The notes under the pieces were generated by a model, which was not told where the DNA came from, made no database searches, and was given only the letters and a program-made list of their open reading frames with translations. A DNA stretch of 64,000 nt from Moniliella sp. 'wahieum' (Eukaryota), in assembly GCA_003971905.1 (NCBI GenBank), contig RSEE01000033.1:1-64000 (forward strand), written 5' to 3'. Position 1 is the first letter of the stretch. Every line of letters begins with the position of its first letter. A program made the translations under genes and the position numbers. Positions 36,618 to 47,668 of the stretch are shown here, piece by piece.

Positions 36618-37909
36618 GGAGGGCAGGTGGGTTAGGGTGGGGGCGCGCGGAGGAGGGGGTGGGGGGGGGATGAATATATATGCGCGGCTGGGCCTATCAT
36701 CGGCCGACCGATGGGTGGGGGCAGGGGAGAAGTGGCAGAGGGTGTGCTTTGCTGGAGGGGGGGGGGGGGTGCCCATTACTCGATTACGGCGCGGGCGGGT
36801 GGGCCAGGGCGGTCGTGCTGGGCGTCGTGCTGGATGGGCTGGATGGGTGGAGAGGTCGGGCGGCCAGGCCAGCGCAACACGCACCGCCCCCACATCAGAC
36901 AGCCAGCGCGACGGCCACTCGTCCTGAGCTGCGCATCACATCAATGCCGACGGGGGCAGTGTGTCACGGCTAGGGTTATGATGCTGCAAGTTTGATGCGT
37001 TTGCGCAGCGACGAGGCCCATCCGCCGCGACCACTGCGCGTGGCTTCTGAGATCTCATCGACATCTGAGATCTGAGACGTGGGGGGTGGCAGCGATAAGC
37101 CCAGCACACCGTTCTTTTTTCACTCGCACCACAATGGAGCCGCGTCGTAGGAAGGCACGCGCAGTTGGCCCTTGCTTGCCTCCCGTCGCGCGCGTGGGGA
37201 CCACAGCGCTAGCCACTACCATTCCAGCGCAGTCTCTTCCAGACTTGTCATAACCAAAGCGTACGCAAGACGTACTCAAGCGCTTACGCGCCATCATGCA
37301 TCATGCATCACGGCGCCGATCTCGTCTTCGCGACCCAGTTCGTCATTCCTGCCATCAGCATCGATGATACGGCGATCAGCGCCCCCTCGCGCTGTTAGTT
37401 GTGTTGAACAGCAGGGGGTCTCTACTCAGTACTCACTCATCTAATCTAATCGATCTCGTCGTTACTCACGTCTGACGTCGTTGCGATGGAAGAAAGAACC
37501 TTCTCTAGTATCGTCGAATGATGAATGAGTTTGATGAGTTGGATACTGTTCAGAGATGATTAAGATGGCTTATGCATCCAGATGCCCACTCAGTAGAAAC
37601 CCTCCAAGTTCCCTAGCCTCTCGTTCGAATGCAAGCCCCCGGTCATCGCATTGTACGTGCTGCATCTATCTTTCCACCTAGCCAAACCCCAAAGGGGTGG
37701 GTATATGGTGCTGGAAGGAGACGTGGGAGCACACTCGGGGATGCCACGGGATAATCAGCTGGTACAAAAACCAGGGTTTTCAGACAATACGTATAAAAGC
37801 GATCAGTCTTGAAGCTTCAAGCAACGTCTGTCAGAAAGCCGGAAGGGAAGGAGATAGGAGAAAGACGAGGGAGATGGGGCGAGCAGGGGGTGCGCAGCCT
37901 GCGAGAAGA

Positions 37910-38127
37910 TGTTGGGACCCGTGGTCCCGTACTTAGGCCAAGGCGCCTCATCACCCTTCACCCCTGATTTGTCCTCCGAAGCCTCCACGTGTATACTCAG
38001 GCTTGTCTGAACCCCTGTCTCTAAGTGTGGCACAAGGCTTAGACCTCAACCACCACCATCGCGATTGCATTTGCTCTACATTTCCAGAGGTTCTTCACCC
38101 AATCCCTTGGGTTCCTCCGGTCTTACA
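37910..38127 (+). mobile_element. Solo LTR (~218 bp)
   Basis: TGTTGGGAC...GTCTTACA termini, perfect 5 bp TSD GAAGA on both sides; second copy at 42433-42648; strand assignment is relative only. Confidence 0.9.
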
Positions 38128-38377
38128 GAAGAGCGGAACTCTTCCGCCCCTTGGCTAACTACTAGGCGAACATCACCGATCAACTAAGGGCCATGCAGGG
38201 GAACCCTATAGCACTACCCTACTCCGACAGTTAGTGGTGGTGGTGGTCGCAGCCAACGCGCGGTGCCTACAGAGGAACACCGAGCAGCCACAGGCGCCCG
38301 GGGGACTAGGCCATAGGGAACAAGGAAAACAGAGGCGAGAAAACACGGAACTCTCCTAGTGTCACGAGGGCGAACAC

Positions 38378-38752
38378 TGTTGGGCCATCGAGTGGCTCGT
38401 GCTTTGGCCACTGTCCCTTCAGTTCCTCCTCAGGCCTGGGAGTTCCGTTTTTTCTCTCTCCTGTTTTTCCTTGTTCCGCAGCTTAGCCCCTGGTGGCGAG
38501 TCGCTGCTTCATGTTCCTCTGTAGATGTTGCTGGTTGGCTTAGACCACCACCACCACCACCACCACCAGTGCGATTGCATCACCCTCGAGGACCATCAGG
38601 ACTCCAGGTCTCATCAAAGACGGACTATGGCAAGCCTGGCGGAGCCTTTACGCGCTCCCTTCGTCTCCCTACTAACCCAATCCTAGAGCTCGCTCCCCAA
38701 TCCAACTCAGTCCGATCATCATCATGGCTAGCCAGTAGACCATCGGTCTTAC
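38378..38752 (+). mobile_element. Longer, related degenerate LTR (an inverted partial copy lies at ~38235-38370)
   Basis: Starts TGTTGGGCCATCGAGTGGCTCGTGCTTTGGCCA; shares GGCTTAGACC(ACC)n..GCGATTGCAT and CGGTCTTAC with the short LTR; no TSD found. Confidence 0.6.
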
Positions 38753-40382
38753 GGGTCATTAGTCACTGCGGGCTGGCTCTCCTAAACAACCCACATCTAC
38801 TCTGTTGCGCCTAGACCGAGCATGTTTCCTTCGATCTGTGTGCGACCAAGATCGACTCCCTTCCATACGGCTGAGGAGATCTGTGCGTGAGCCTTGCGTG
38901 CGCGCTGACTTTATTGTTCTGCTACAAATACTTTTGGTCTTTGGTCTTGAATGCAAAAGTGAGCGCTACCAGATCTGGACGTCTGTTTCCTGGTCACAGC
39001 GTCTCGTTTTTGTTGTGAGAATCTCCCCTCAAGCCTGTTACGTTCTTGCTGCTGAGAGCGGAGAACCCGCCCATTACTTTTGGACTTGTTTGTCTTCGAC
39101 TGTTCCTGCTCCTATAGGGAGAACCCTTCCCTACTTACTAGTACTTTGTGCTTCTTTTGAGAGTCATTCGCCTTTATTCCTTTGTATGTTGTATGTTGCT
39201 TCCTTAATTGCTGCTAAAGTTCTGATCTATGTAGCCTTTGTTCTATGTTCTTCCCCTAGCGGGTCATATGGTAACAACATCTTCTTGTAAATCCATCCTT
39301 GACCCGCCGGACAACACGCGCGTTTACTCCCTAAAACAGCTCTCACCCAGCAATCCCCCCGATCTGCTTCAGCGACCACCTCTTGGTCTTTCTTAATCGT
39401 TTCGTCCAGGCATCCTCTCCTCTCGATCTTCCCCCCGCGTTCAGTCTCCTCTCTGTACAGACCTCGTTGCAATCCTACAAGCGTTGAGTTATTCTGTGAC
39501 AGGACCTTCTGTCCGACCTTGTCTTTGTATGCGCCAACTTTCTCGTCAACCTTTCAAGATTCTGCACCATGCGTTTACAGGTACGCTCTTCCTGCTCGTT
39601 CCGGTGCATACGCAACTTAGAGACACAGGATGCAGAATTGGAAATTGGAGCGAGCTTAGTCATTCGATGACAACATATATGTCAACCTCCTTATGAGGAG
39701 ATGCTGCTGCTGCGATCCGGAACCGGAAGGACCATCAACAAGGGGGAGGTATGCCGCCAAACCAGCGCGCAAAGCGTGGAAGAGTTAGCGTGCCAAAAAC
39801 TATTAGCTCGGGAAGTGTGCACTGAGCTGCTTGGTTTTGAAGAGGACGCGAGGATACTACGACACCAAGACACCGCGGGCAAGATGTTTGCGCACTGGAA
39901 GGATTTGACTACTGAGTCTCAATGGAACTGGTTTTTCGCTCGGATGTCTACCACGTTCATCCGTTTCCACACGCGCTACCTCGGGTACGGGACCGGATGG
40001 CGAGCACCAGAGGGTCCCGATATCCTGGCGATCCCCCTGGTTCCCTATAGCAGTGGTGGCCCTACAAAGTAACTCACGCAAGATGAACGGTTCGGTTTAG
40101 GCGTAGCGTTTCCCTGTCCCAGCCTTAAGCTCTGTCAATGATATGGATGCACTATAGCGGTGATAGACCGGGGGTTTAACACGTCCTTTGTACACAGCGC
40201 GATATGGTGGGCTCTGCGGTGCGCATTTAACAAGGGTTAGGAACCCGTCCTAGGGGAGGCTTCTACGGCCCCAACGGGAAGGAAGCGCTGCGAATCGTAT
40301 GAATCGGCTGCGCGAATGAGGGCTGGTTTTGAGCGACAGCCAAAACAGGCAACAATTAACTTGGCAGCCAATTCCCAAAAAT

Positions 40383-40472
40383 TGGACGGCGAGGGGTTTG
40401 AACCCCCGGCCTTCTACATGATGCGTCCGTAATGGTTGCAAAGCAGACGCTCTACCACTGAGCTAGCCGCCC
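40383..40472 (-). tRNA. tRNA-Ala(TGC) with intron
   Basis: Reverse complement GGGCGGCTAGCTCAGTGGTAGAGCG TCTGC TTTGCA [intron] GTAGA AGGCCGGGGGTTCAAACCCCTC GCCGTCCA, then T-run. Confidence 0.92.
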
Positions 40473-40823
40473 TTGTTAAGGCCCATGTTATAAACAGCCA
40501 TGTCCAAACACTCCCATTGTTAACTTTTAACAGTGGAGTTGCCCTCGCCCATCTCAGGTTATACCAAAGTATGAAGCTGAAGGACATTCCGCAGGGGCCC
40601 ATGGTAAACAACAGTATATGAATGACTGATGAGTCTTCGACTCATGTGGGCAGGGTCTCCAGGACAAACACGACCCCCCCAAGAAAGTGCGAGGATTTGG
40701 GCCACGGAATGTGGGCCTAAGCATCCAGGTACAAGCCTCCAAGAAGAAAAGACTAGTAGTAGAACGAGACGAAACGAGACGAAACGAAACGATGCGTACG
40801 GATGCGCACAAAACACTCGCAGT

Positions 40824-41136
40824 TCACTTGCCCTTTTTTGCTTTCGGGTCTTCCCCACCCTCGGCGGCCCGAGCGGCCTTTGCCTGGAAACGAGAGTTGT
40901 GTCAGCACGGTGGGTGCACCAGATCGGTGCAGCAAGCAGAAGGGGGGAAAGGGGAGAGGGGGGAGTAAGGGGTAGGGAAAACGACGCACCGCCATCTTTT
41001 GACGAATAATCTCAGCGTCCTGCTCGCGGCGCTGGGCAAGGGAGGTGGCGGACTGCTTGGGCTTGCCCTTGTTGCCGGCAGCAGCTTTCTTCTGGGCCTT
41101 GGCCCGATCTTGCTCGCGCTGGTTCCCGCGGGTCAT
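40824..41136 (-). CDS. SERF/4F5 family small protein
   Basis: MTRGNQREQDRAKAQKK..RREQDAEIIRQK; intron 40989-40884 (GTGCGT..CAG); exon 2 AKAARAAEGGEDPKAKKGK*. Confidence 0.88.
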
Positions 41137-42432
41137 GGCCGTGTGTGGGGGAGAGGAGGAGGTGCGATACTGATGAGCCGGTGGAGTGTCTGAGGGGGAA
41201 GAGGGCAGGCGAGGCGCCTCGGCCGATGGAAGAGCAAAAAGACACGTTGCGCGGAGATTACGTAACTTCCCCACTCGCCTGAGCGGCAGGCCTCAGGTCA
41301 GGTGACCGATGACCGATGACCGTTCCTTCGACTTGAGGCGCAGGCCGAAAGCGGACTGGGGGTGGCACAAAGGGTTGAAATTTGAAAGGGCTCGCTGACG
41401 CCAGGCACTACGCCGTGCAGCACCGGCTAGGCAGGCCGCCTGCCGTCCTGCGTCCCATCCGTGAGGCTTCTTGAGACTGGAAGCGTGAGGCTTGACGGAG
41501 GCGTCAGCCTCAGGACGATGAGGCGCAGTCATGGTGGTAGCCAGGAGTTGCGATAAGGATCGGGAGACCATTATGCCCCCACCATCAGTGGTGTGATGGG
41601 GAAGACCGGCACCCGGAGTTGTCCAAGCGCCTGATGTACGTTGAGGCAACGAGAGCATGGGGCGAATATCTGGCCAAACCCATACTACATCCGGTTGAGA
41701 TCGAACACGCATTGGATGCCAAGCAGGGGCGCGAGAATCGTATGACTAACAAACGCTTACCCTTTGCGAAAGTGGGCACCTGGAGAAGCACTTACAGGCC
41801 ATCCGTCATTGATGAACGTATTACTCATCTCTCCGCCAAGGGGGAAAGCTGTTTTCGCGTGAAGGCGACGTCGGTGTTGGGTCTATTCCCACACTTTTCC
41901 AGCATGCTGTTCAAGGAGCCCCCGCTGCCACGGATAGTAACGGGGATGTATTTCGATCTGGTGCATGGAGGGGTGACACAAAACTGCATACGGCAGGCGA
42001 TACCGATCGATGCGTCTTGTCTGCTTGAGATTGCGTCCCACTACTTCACCTCATACGAGGGAGCAGACAAAAGAGCAAGCGGCAGGTGTAACAGGGTGAA
42101 AAAAAAAAGGTCGCAGCATCCTGCTTTCACATCAATTGCAGAGAGCTTTTGAGGCTGGGACAGAAGGAACTGCTGCGCTTGCCAGCCTCGTCCATATTCT
42201 GTTTCTGCTGCTTACCGGTACCAATCTAATTCGGAGACAAGTGGAGAGGCCAGCAGGTCAAGATCCACCTCTGGGTCCTGCTATTCGCCTCCAATGCGGA
42301 TGGAGCGCGACCGTGTAGTGATGGACGAGTATGGTACTCATGTGAGCGATGAGCCATCTCCAATGAGGCTCTTCGGTAAGGGGTTTGCAGTAATCAAACT
42401 TCTTTTGTTGGCTTTATTCTAGCATTATTGGT

Positions 42433-42648
42433 TGTAAGACCGGAGGAACCCAAGGGGGTTGGGTGAAGAACCTCTGGAAGTGTAGAGCAATGCAATCGCG
42501 ATGGTGGTGGTTTTGGTCTAAGCCTTGTGCACACCTAGAGACAGGGGTTCAAACAAGCCTGCATATACACCTGGAGGCTTCGGAGGACAAATCAGGGTTG
42601 AAGGGTGATGAGGCGCCTGGCCTAAGTACGGGACCACGGGTCCCAACA
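42433..42648 (-). mobile_element. Solo LTR (~216 bp), inverted relative to 37910-38127
   Basis: Reverse complement closely matches 37910-38127; perfect 5 bp TSD TTGGT on both sides. Confidence 0.9.
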
Positions 42649-43572
42649 TTGGTGGCATAGTACCCAAGCGCCCGCCCCCATGACCACAAGAGGAGAAAGA
42701 ATGGCGCTCTTGAGTGTAAGCGTGTCCCTGGCACTTTTGGTGTTTCTTGTCGCACTCCGCCTGCTCTAACAGTCAAACAGCAGTTTTTCCTGTGCATATT
42801 CCCTTGCGTTCCACAGGTATTTTGTGGATTGTTTATAGGCCACTGTTCGCTGCGGTACGCAACGACGATAGCATCCTTTGTGCGCCCCCAATCCCACAAG
42901 GTGTGTGTGTGTGTGTGTGGCCCACTCCTCCATTTCTGACCCTCCGGAAACTTAGCTAACCCTGGTCCCAAAATACCTCTCAGTAGTCCGTCTGCGCATG
43001 GCCTTCCTCCCCATCGCGTCTCGTCCTCTTCATCCACAACAGTCACCGGGTGGAGCGTATATATTTCTTGCCCGAGGCTCGACGACTGCACATGAGCCTG
43101 GCACACTGCGTCATCCTGATACGTAGGACAAGGACGCTGATATCAATCCCCCAGTCCCAGTTTGATCCAATGCATCACGTGGATTATCGATCATCGGTCC
43201 CAGCGCCATCATCGGAGCAGCACGTTCGCGTTCGCACGACCGACGGAGCGCGCCACGTGCGCTTCGGTTCGCGGCTGGCGCTCTGTATCGTGGCAATGGC
43301 AAGGGAGAGCAGGCGAGAGCCAGGAGGGCACTCCCGGTGTTGCCGGCGCGTGCAGCCACGCCAGGCCACACCCAGCCCAGCGCCAGCATGCCCACACCCT
43401 GGCCTCTTGCCCCACCACAGTCTCATTTTACTTGGTACACCACTCCCGCGCGCTGTGCTTTTCATGTTGTGGTACTGCGTGTGTGCTCGGCTTCAAAAGA
43501 TAGCGCTTGGGGTGCGCCTTTGCCTTGGATCGCTCCCACCACCACCACCCCACCCCTCGTGCGACACCACCT

Positions 43573-45110
43573 ATGAGAGCTATGACGCCCCCCCTCCCGA
43601 CCATTCTGGCCCAGTGGGCGAACGGGACCGCACGCGGCTTGTATAATCAGGCCGCCGCTGCCTCCCCCATCTTGAAAAGGAAAATGGGAAACGCTTCCTC
43701 GTCTCTCTCGTTCTCCTCCATGCTGGCTTCCACCTCGTCTCCCGCTGGTCTGCCCTGGAAACTCGCCCCAAGCTCTTCGTGCCCGATCGTGGATCGTGAC
43801 CATCTTTGGTGCGGGGGCATGACACTGGCAAGTTACCGTACTTGTACGAGATTTTCACCGTCGGCTTTGACTTTCGTGTGATCCAGCCGCGAACCGAGTC
43901 CGTGGCGCTTCCTGTCACATGCTTTCTTCCTCGCCTACCTAGTCTCGTACGTTGTCTTGCTCTGCCTTGGGAGTATTCCGTCTGCTTACACCTAGAATGC
44001 ACTGTGGTCTCGCCTACTAATAGTGATCTGAGCCTGGGGTTTATCTACTACCGCTCCCAAGTCAACCTCATTACCGGCTGGATTCACACCATACCCTCTA
44101 CACCCATTCTCTTCCTCTACGTCATACACAGCCGCTGGGCCTACCTAGCTGGTGTGGCAGGCATCCTGGAACTGCCAACGTTTGTCATGGGGCTGGGATC
44201 GCTTTTCCCTCGTCTTCGGTCCAACGTTGGGTTTGCCATTACCTTTTTCTCCACGCGCATTTTCTTTCACATGGCGATTCTCTATGTATGCGCCACGGCG
44301 CGGGTGCGGCAAGCGCCCATGGTAAACGGAAGCTTTGGCCCCTTGGTCTGCTGGTCCCTGCCCTTCCCCATGCACCTGTGGTGGGGATACAAGACGGTCA
44401 GCAGTCTGCACCGACGTCGGCTCAAGGCGCGTGCGACCGTACAAACCACCTGCACCCCTGTCGTTGTCGCGGCGCCTTCTGCCTCTGGGGAGCAGACGCC
44501 AACCAAGGCGCCCACACTGTCGCAAGGAGAATCCGTCGCATCTACCCATCCGCAGCGCATCAGCACAGCCGCTCTCCGTGCGGCCTGGAGCCGGGTGCGT
44601 ACGGTGCGAATGCCTGCGAGTGTGCTGGCTACCCTCCGTTCCCAACTGCGTAGCCCGCCCGCGGCCCGTACGCAACGGCCCGACAACCCGTTCACCGCTC
44701 CCGTTGCCCCGACCCAAGGACGGGAGACGGTGGGTCTTCCGTTCTTGGCCATCCGCAGTGCTGCTGAGACCAGCGGTCCCGCCCGCCGTCTCCTCGCCGA
44801 CACGGCTCGCAAGGCCTGGCACAAGCGTGCGCCCGAGACGTGGCGGCGCGAGGTGGAACGAGAAATGGCGTTGCAGGCGAGGGGCGAGGTAGCGGCTGCT
44901 GTCGCCGCGGGCGAGACGGATGGGGAGCCAGCTGGGTCGGCTGTCGCGCGCCGCCTGGCCATTCGCTTGGCTCGACGGATGGTGATTGGGCCCACTGTCA
45001 GGCTGGAGCGCTGGCCCAACATCAGCACGTACGACTTGGTTGTGCCCCGGCCTGACAGCCCTCTTGTCCCCGGCGCATGGGTTCGCACCACGGCGCTGGG
45101 GGCAGCGTAA
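43573..45110 (+). CDS. TLC (TRAM/LAG1/CLN8) domain membrane protein
   Basis: SDLSLGFIYYRSQVNLITGWIH, ILELPTFVMGLG, FAITFFSTRIFFH, PMHLWW; probable intron near 43860-44020; start uncertain. Confidence 0.7.
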
Positions 45111-45487
45111 GCGAAATCCTGCCCCTTGCCGGTTCCAGTTCTCGTTTTCGTTTGCTTCCCCCTGCCAATCGACTAGGATAAATCGACCAGTATAAATATA
45201 CCCTTCTGTCTCCGGAATGCTCCGAGCGTGTTTCCTATTAACTCAACGTCCGCGCCCCGCTGTGGCGGCTCCTCTGTGCTGCTACATGCAGCCAATGCGA
45301 GCGTCAGCCAGACCCCGATTGGGTGTGTAATATCCTCGTCCGCATGCAATATTGCGCTACTTGACTATGAATACTAGCCGACATATCCCTCCCTTCGTGC
45401 AAAGCAAGGTGCGAGTGTGGCAGGCTGGGAGGAAAGTATTCTGAGCACGCGCGTAGAGAGAGGCACATAGTTCGGATCCAGGTGGAT

Positions 45488-45908
45488 TTAGTGCTTCTGG
45501 GCATCCTTGTCCTCCTTCTCGGCCTCAGCGAGGAACTGCTTGATAAAGTCCTCCTCCTCGCTGCCAAGCAGGTCAGTACGTTAGCCGGAGCAGGGAGGGC
45601 CAGGGGGATACGCACTTGCTGGTAGCCGCGATGGTGGGCTCGGTGGGGCCAGCGGCGGCACCGGCCTTGGGACGGCTGAAGTAGAAGCCCAAGCCGCCGT
45701 AGAGGCCGAGAATGCCGGCGGAAAGGAGCGGCTTGGACACTTCGCGGCCTGTGGATGGGTGGGCAGCAGAGAGCAAGTAGGAGCAAGGAAGAGCAAGGAA
45801 GAGCAAGTAAAAGCAAGCGGAGCAGCAGAGACAGGCAAAGGGTCAGTACAAAGCGGGGCCGACGGGGCCGAGCGAGCACGCACCAAAGACGGGGGTGGTA
45901 GCAACCAT
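45488..45908 (-). CDS. ATP19: Mitochondrial ATP synthase subunit k
   Basis: Three exons give MVATTPVFG-REVSKPLLSAGILGLYGGLGFYFS..PTIAATS-EEEDFIKQFLAEAEKEDKDAQKH*; GTGCGT..CAG introns. Confidence 0.75.
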
Positions 45909-46432
45909 GGCGATCAGGCTCGTCGGTGGGAGGGAGGCAGGCGGCAGCCACCAGGCCGGGTGGTCAGCTGGCCAGTCGCATTCCCGGGGCTCGGGTGGCC
46001 CCCGGCTGCCCCTGCGCCCCCGCAACGCACAGTGCCCGCATGCCCGGGGCACTTGCTGGCGCCTGCAACCCTAGCACGCACGGGCGCTTATTACAAAGAG
46101 CATGGGGCGCTTACCTCAGCGCACCCACTAACCCGTCTGTGCCCGTCTGGCCGATTCGGAAGAGCAACCACTAACCCACTGCGCCATCGCCCTTGGTGGA
46201 GCCGTCCTCTTCTTTCTGTGTTGTGTGCGCACAAGCCGAGACGCCGGCGGGTTAGACAGCTGCCGGCGCATCCTGGCAGCATCCACATGTCCATGTCTCT
46301 GGCCAGGCTTGTGGCAGCCTGCTCTATGACGGGGCGGTCGCGATGGTCCGCGAACCACTGGCGTGGAACGCCAAAGGGAAATGCATGAATACTGGTACAT
46401 GGACAAGAGGAGAGGTGGGTATGGAATGGGAC

Positions 46433-47369
46433 TCAGAACACATGCTTGCGCTTGCGGCCACTGTACTTGGAGTCTTTGGGGACCTGCGCCAAGGATTAGT
46501 AAAGGGGAGCAAGCAAGAAGGAAGACGCAGACGTACATCCTTGCCACGTTTGCGGTACAGCTCCTTTTTGCGCATGATCCATTCCTTGTCGATCTGGCCT
46601 GCCTTTGCTTTGGCCCGCGCCTTCTTGGTCAAACGCTTGGACTCGCGTCCGGGCTCATTGCGTACCATGCCCTGTTCGTGCTCGGCCACAAGGCCCTGGG
46701 GGATAGCCTGGGTCTCCTGTGCCGTCGCCCGTTGGCCTGCGGCACCAACCATCTCGCCTCCCACCCAAAGCACAAGGTAGAACTTCTTGGCCTTCTTGGA
46801 GTTGGGGTAGTCGACCACCAGTCCACCCCCAAATCCGGCACGGGTGGCAAATGTCATGATGAAGCGCACCTGCTCGTCCGACTCGGGGTAGAACTGGAAG
46901 ACAGCGCGAGATCCACGAGCGAGGGGGCATAAAGTGAGGTAAAAAACGTGCCCAACCGGGCCCCTGGGGAATGCGACGACGATCGGCGTTGCAGAGCCAC
47001 TGCAAGACAGAGATGCTGATCGCACCGTCAAAGGAGCCGGCCCGGAAGGGGCAACCTTGTCCCATGTCACTCAGGAACAGATCGCCCTCCACATCGCGCT
47101 CGAGCGCAACCTCGAGCATCGAGGGACTAATGTCCACGCCCACCCACTCGTGGCCGTGCTCCGTCAGAATCTCGCCGCTGAGACCTGAGCCACACCCAAT
47201 GTCCAGCAGCAGCGCAGGCTTCTTCCACGCCGGCAGGGCCAGGAGCTCGATGGCGCGCTCGGTCATCTCCGACTGGATCTTCTGCACACGTGTGTTGGCA
47301 GTGTACTTGACCGCCTCGTCATCGCCCGTAGAAGATCTCGGGCGGGGCCTCGTGCTCGGGGCGACTCAT
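46433..47369 (-). CDS. BUD23: 18S rRNA guanine-N7 methyltransferase Bud23
   Basis: [62 protein letters not shown], final exon [13 protein letters not shown]. Confidence 0.95.
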
Positions 47370-47570
47370 GGTGGATGGAGGAGGGGAGGGGGAGGGCCCC
47401 ACAGGGCGTCTCGAAAAAAAAGGATGGGCGGAATGGGGCCGTTTTGAGGAGACGGCGGTTGCACCGGTTCCGCCCGCCAGGCCGGAGTGGGACCAAATTT
47501 TTTGGAGGCTGCCCGCTGCTGGGCCGGCGCGTCCTGCGTCTCTGAGCGCTGTCCAACCGCCCGTCTGCCT

Positions 47571-47645
47571 CGTCTGCCCCATCTGCCCCATCTGCCCCAT
47601 CTGCCCCATCTGCCCCGTCGCCCCCATCGCGCCCATCTGCTCCAT
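47571..47645. repeat. 9 bp tandem repeat (ATCTGCCCC)n between BUD23 and UTP5
   Basis: About 5 near-perfect plus several degenerate copies. Confidence 0.85.
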
Positions 47646-47668
47646 CTACTCCATCACCTTCATCCGCC

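Noticed and set aside
38800..40080. Small ORFs (e.g. 39701-40072; also 41619-42152) as effector-like genes
   Set aside because: No clear signal peptide, motif or homology that I can support.
37910..42648. A single DNA transposon with 217 bp terminal inverted repeats
   Set aside because: Each repeat has its own distinct TSD and TG..CA ends, and no transposase lies between them.
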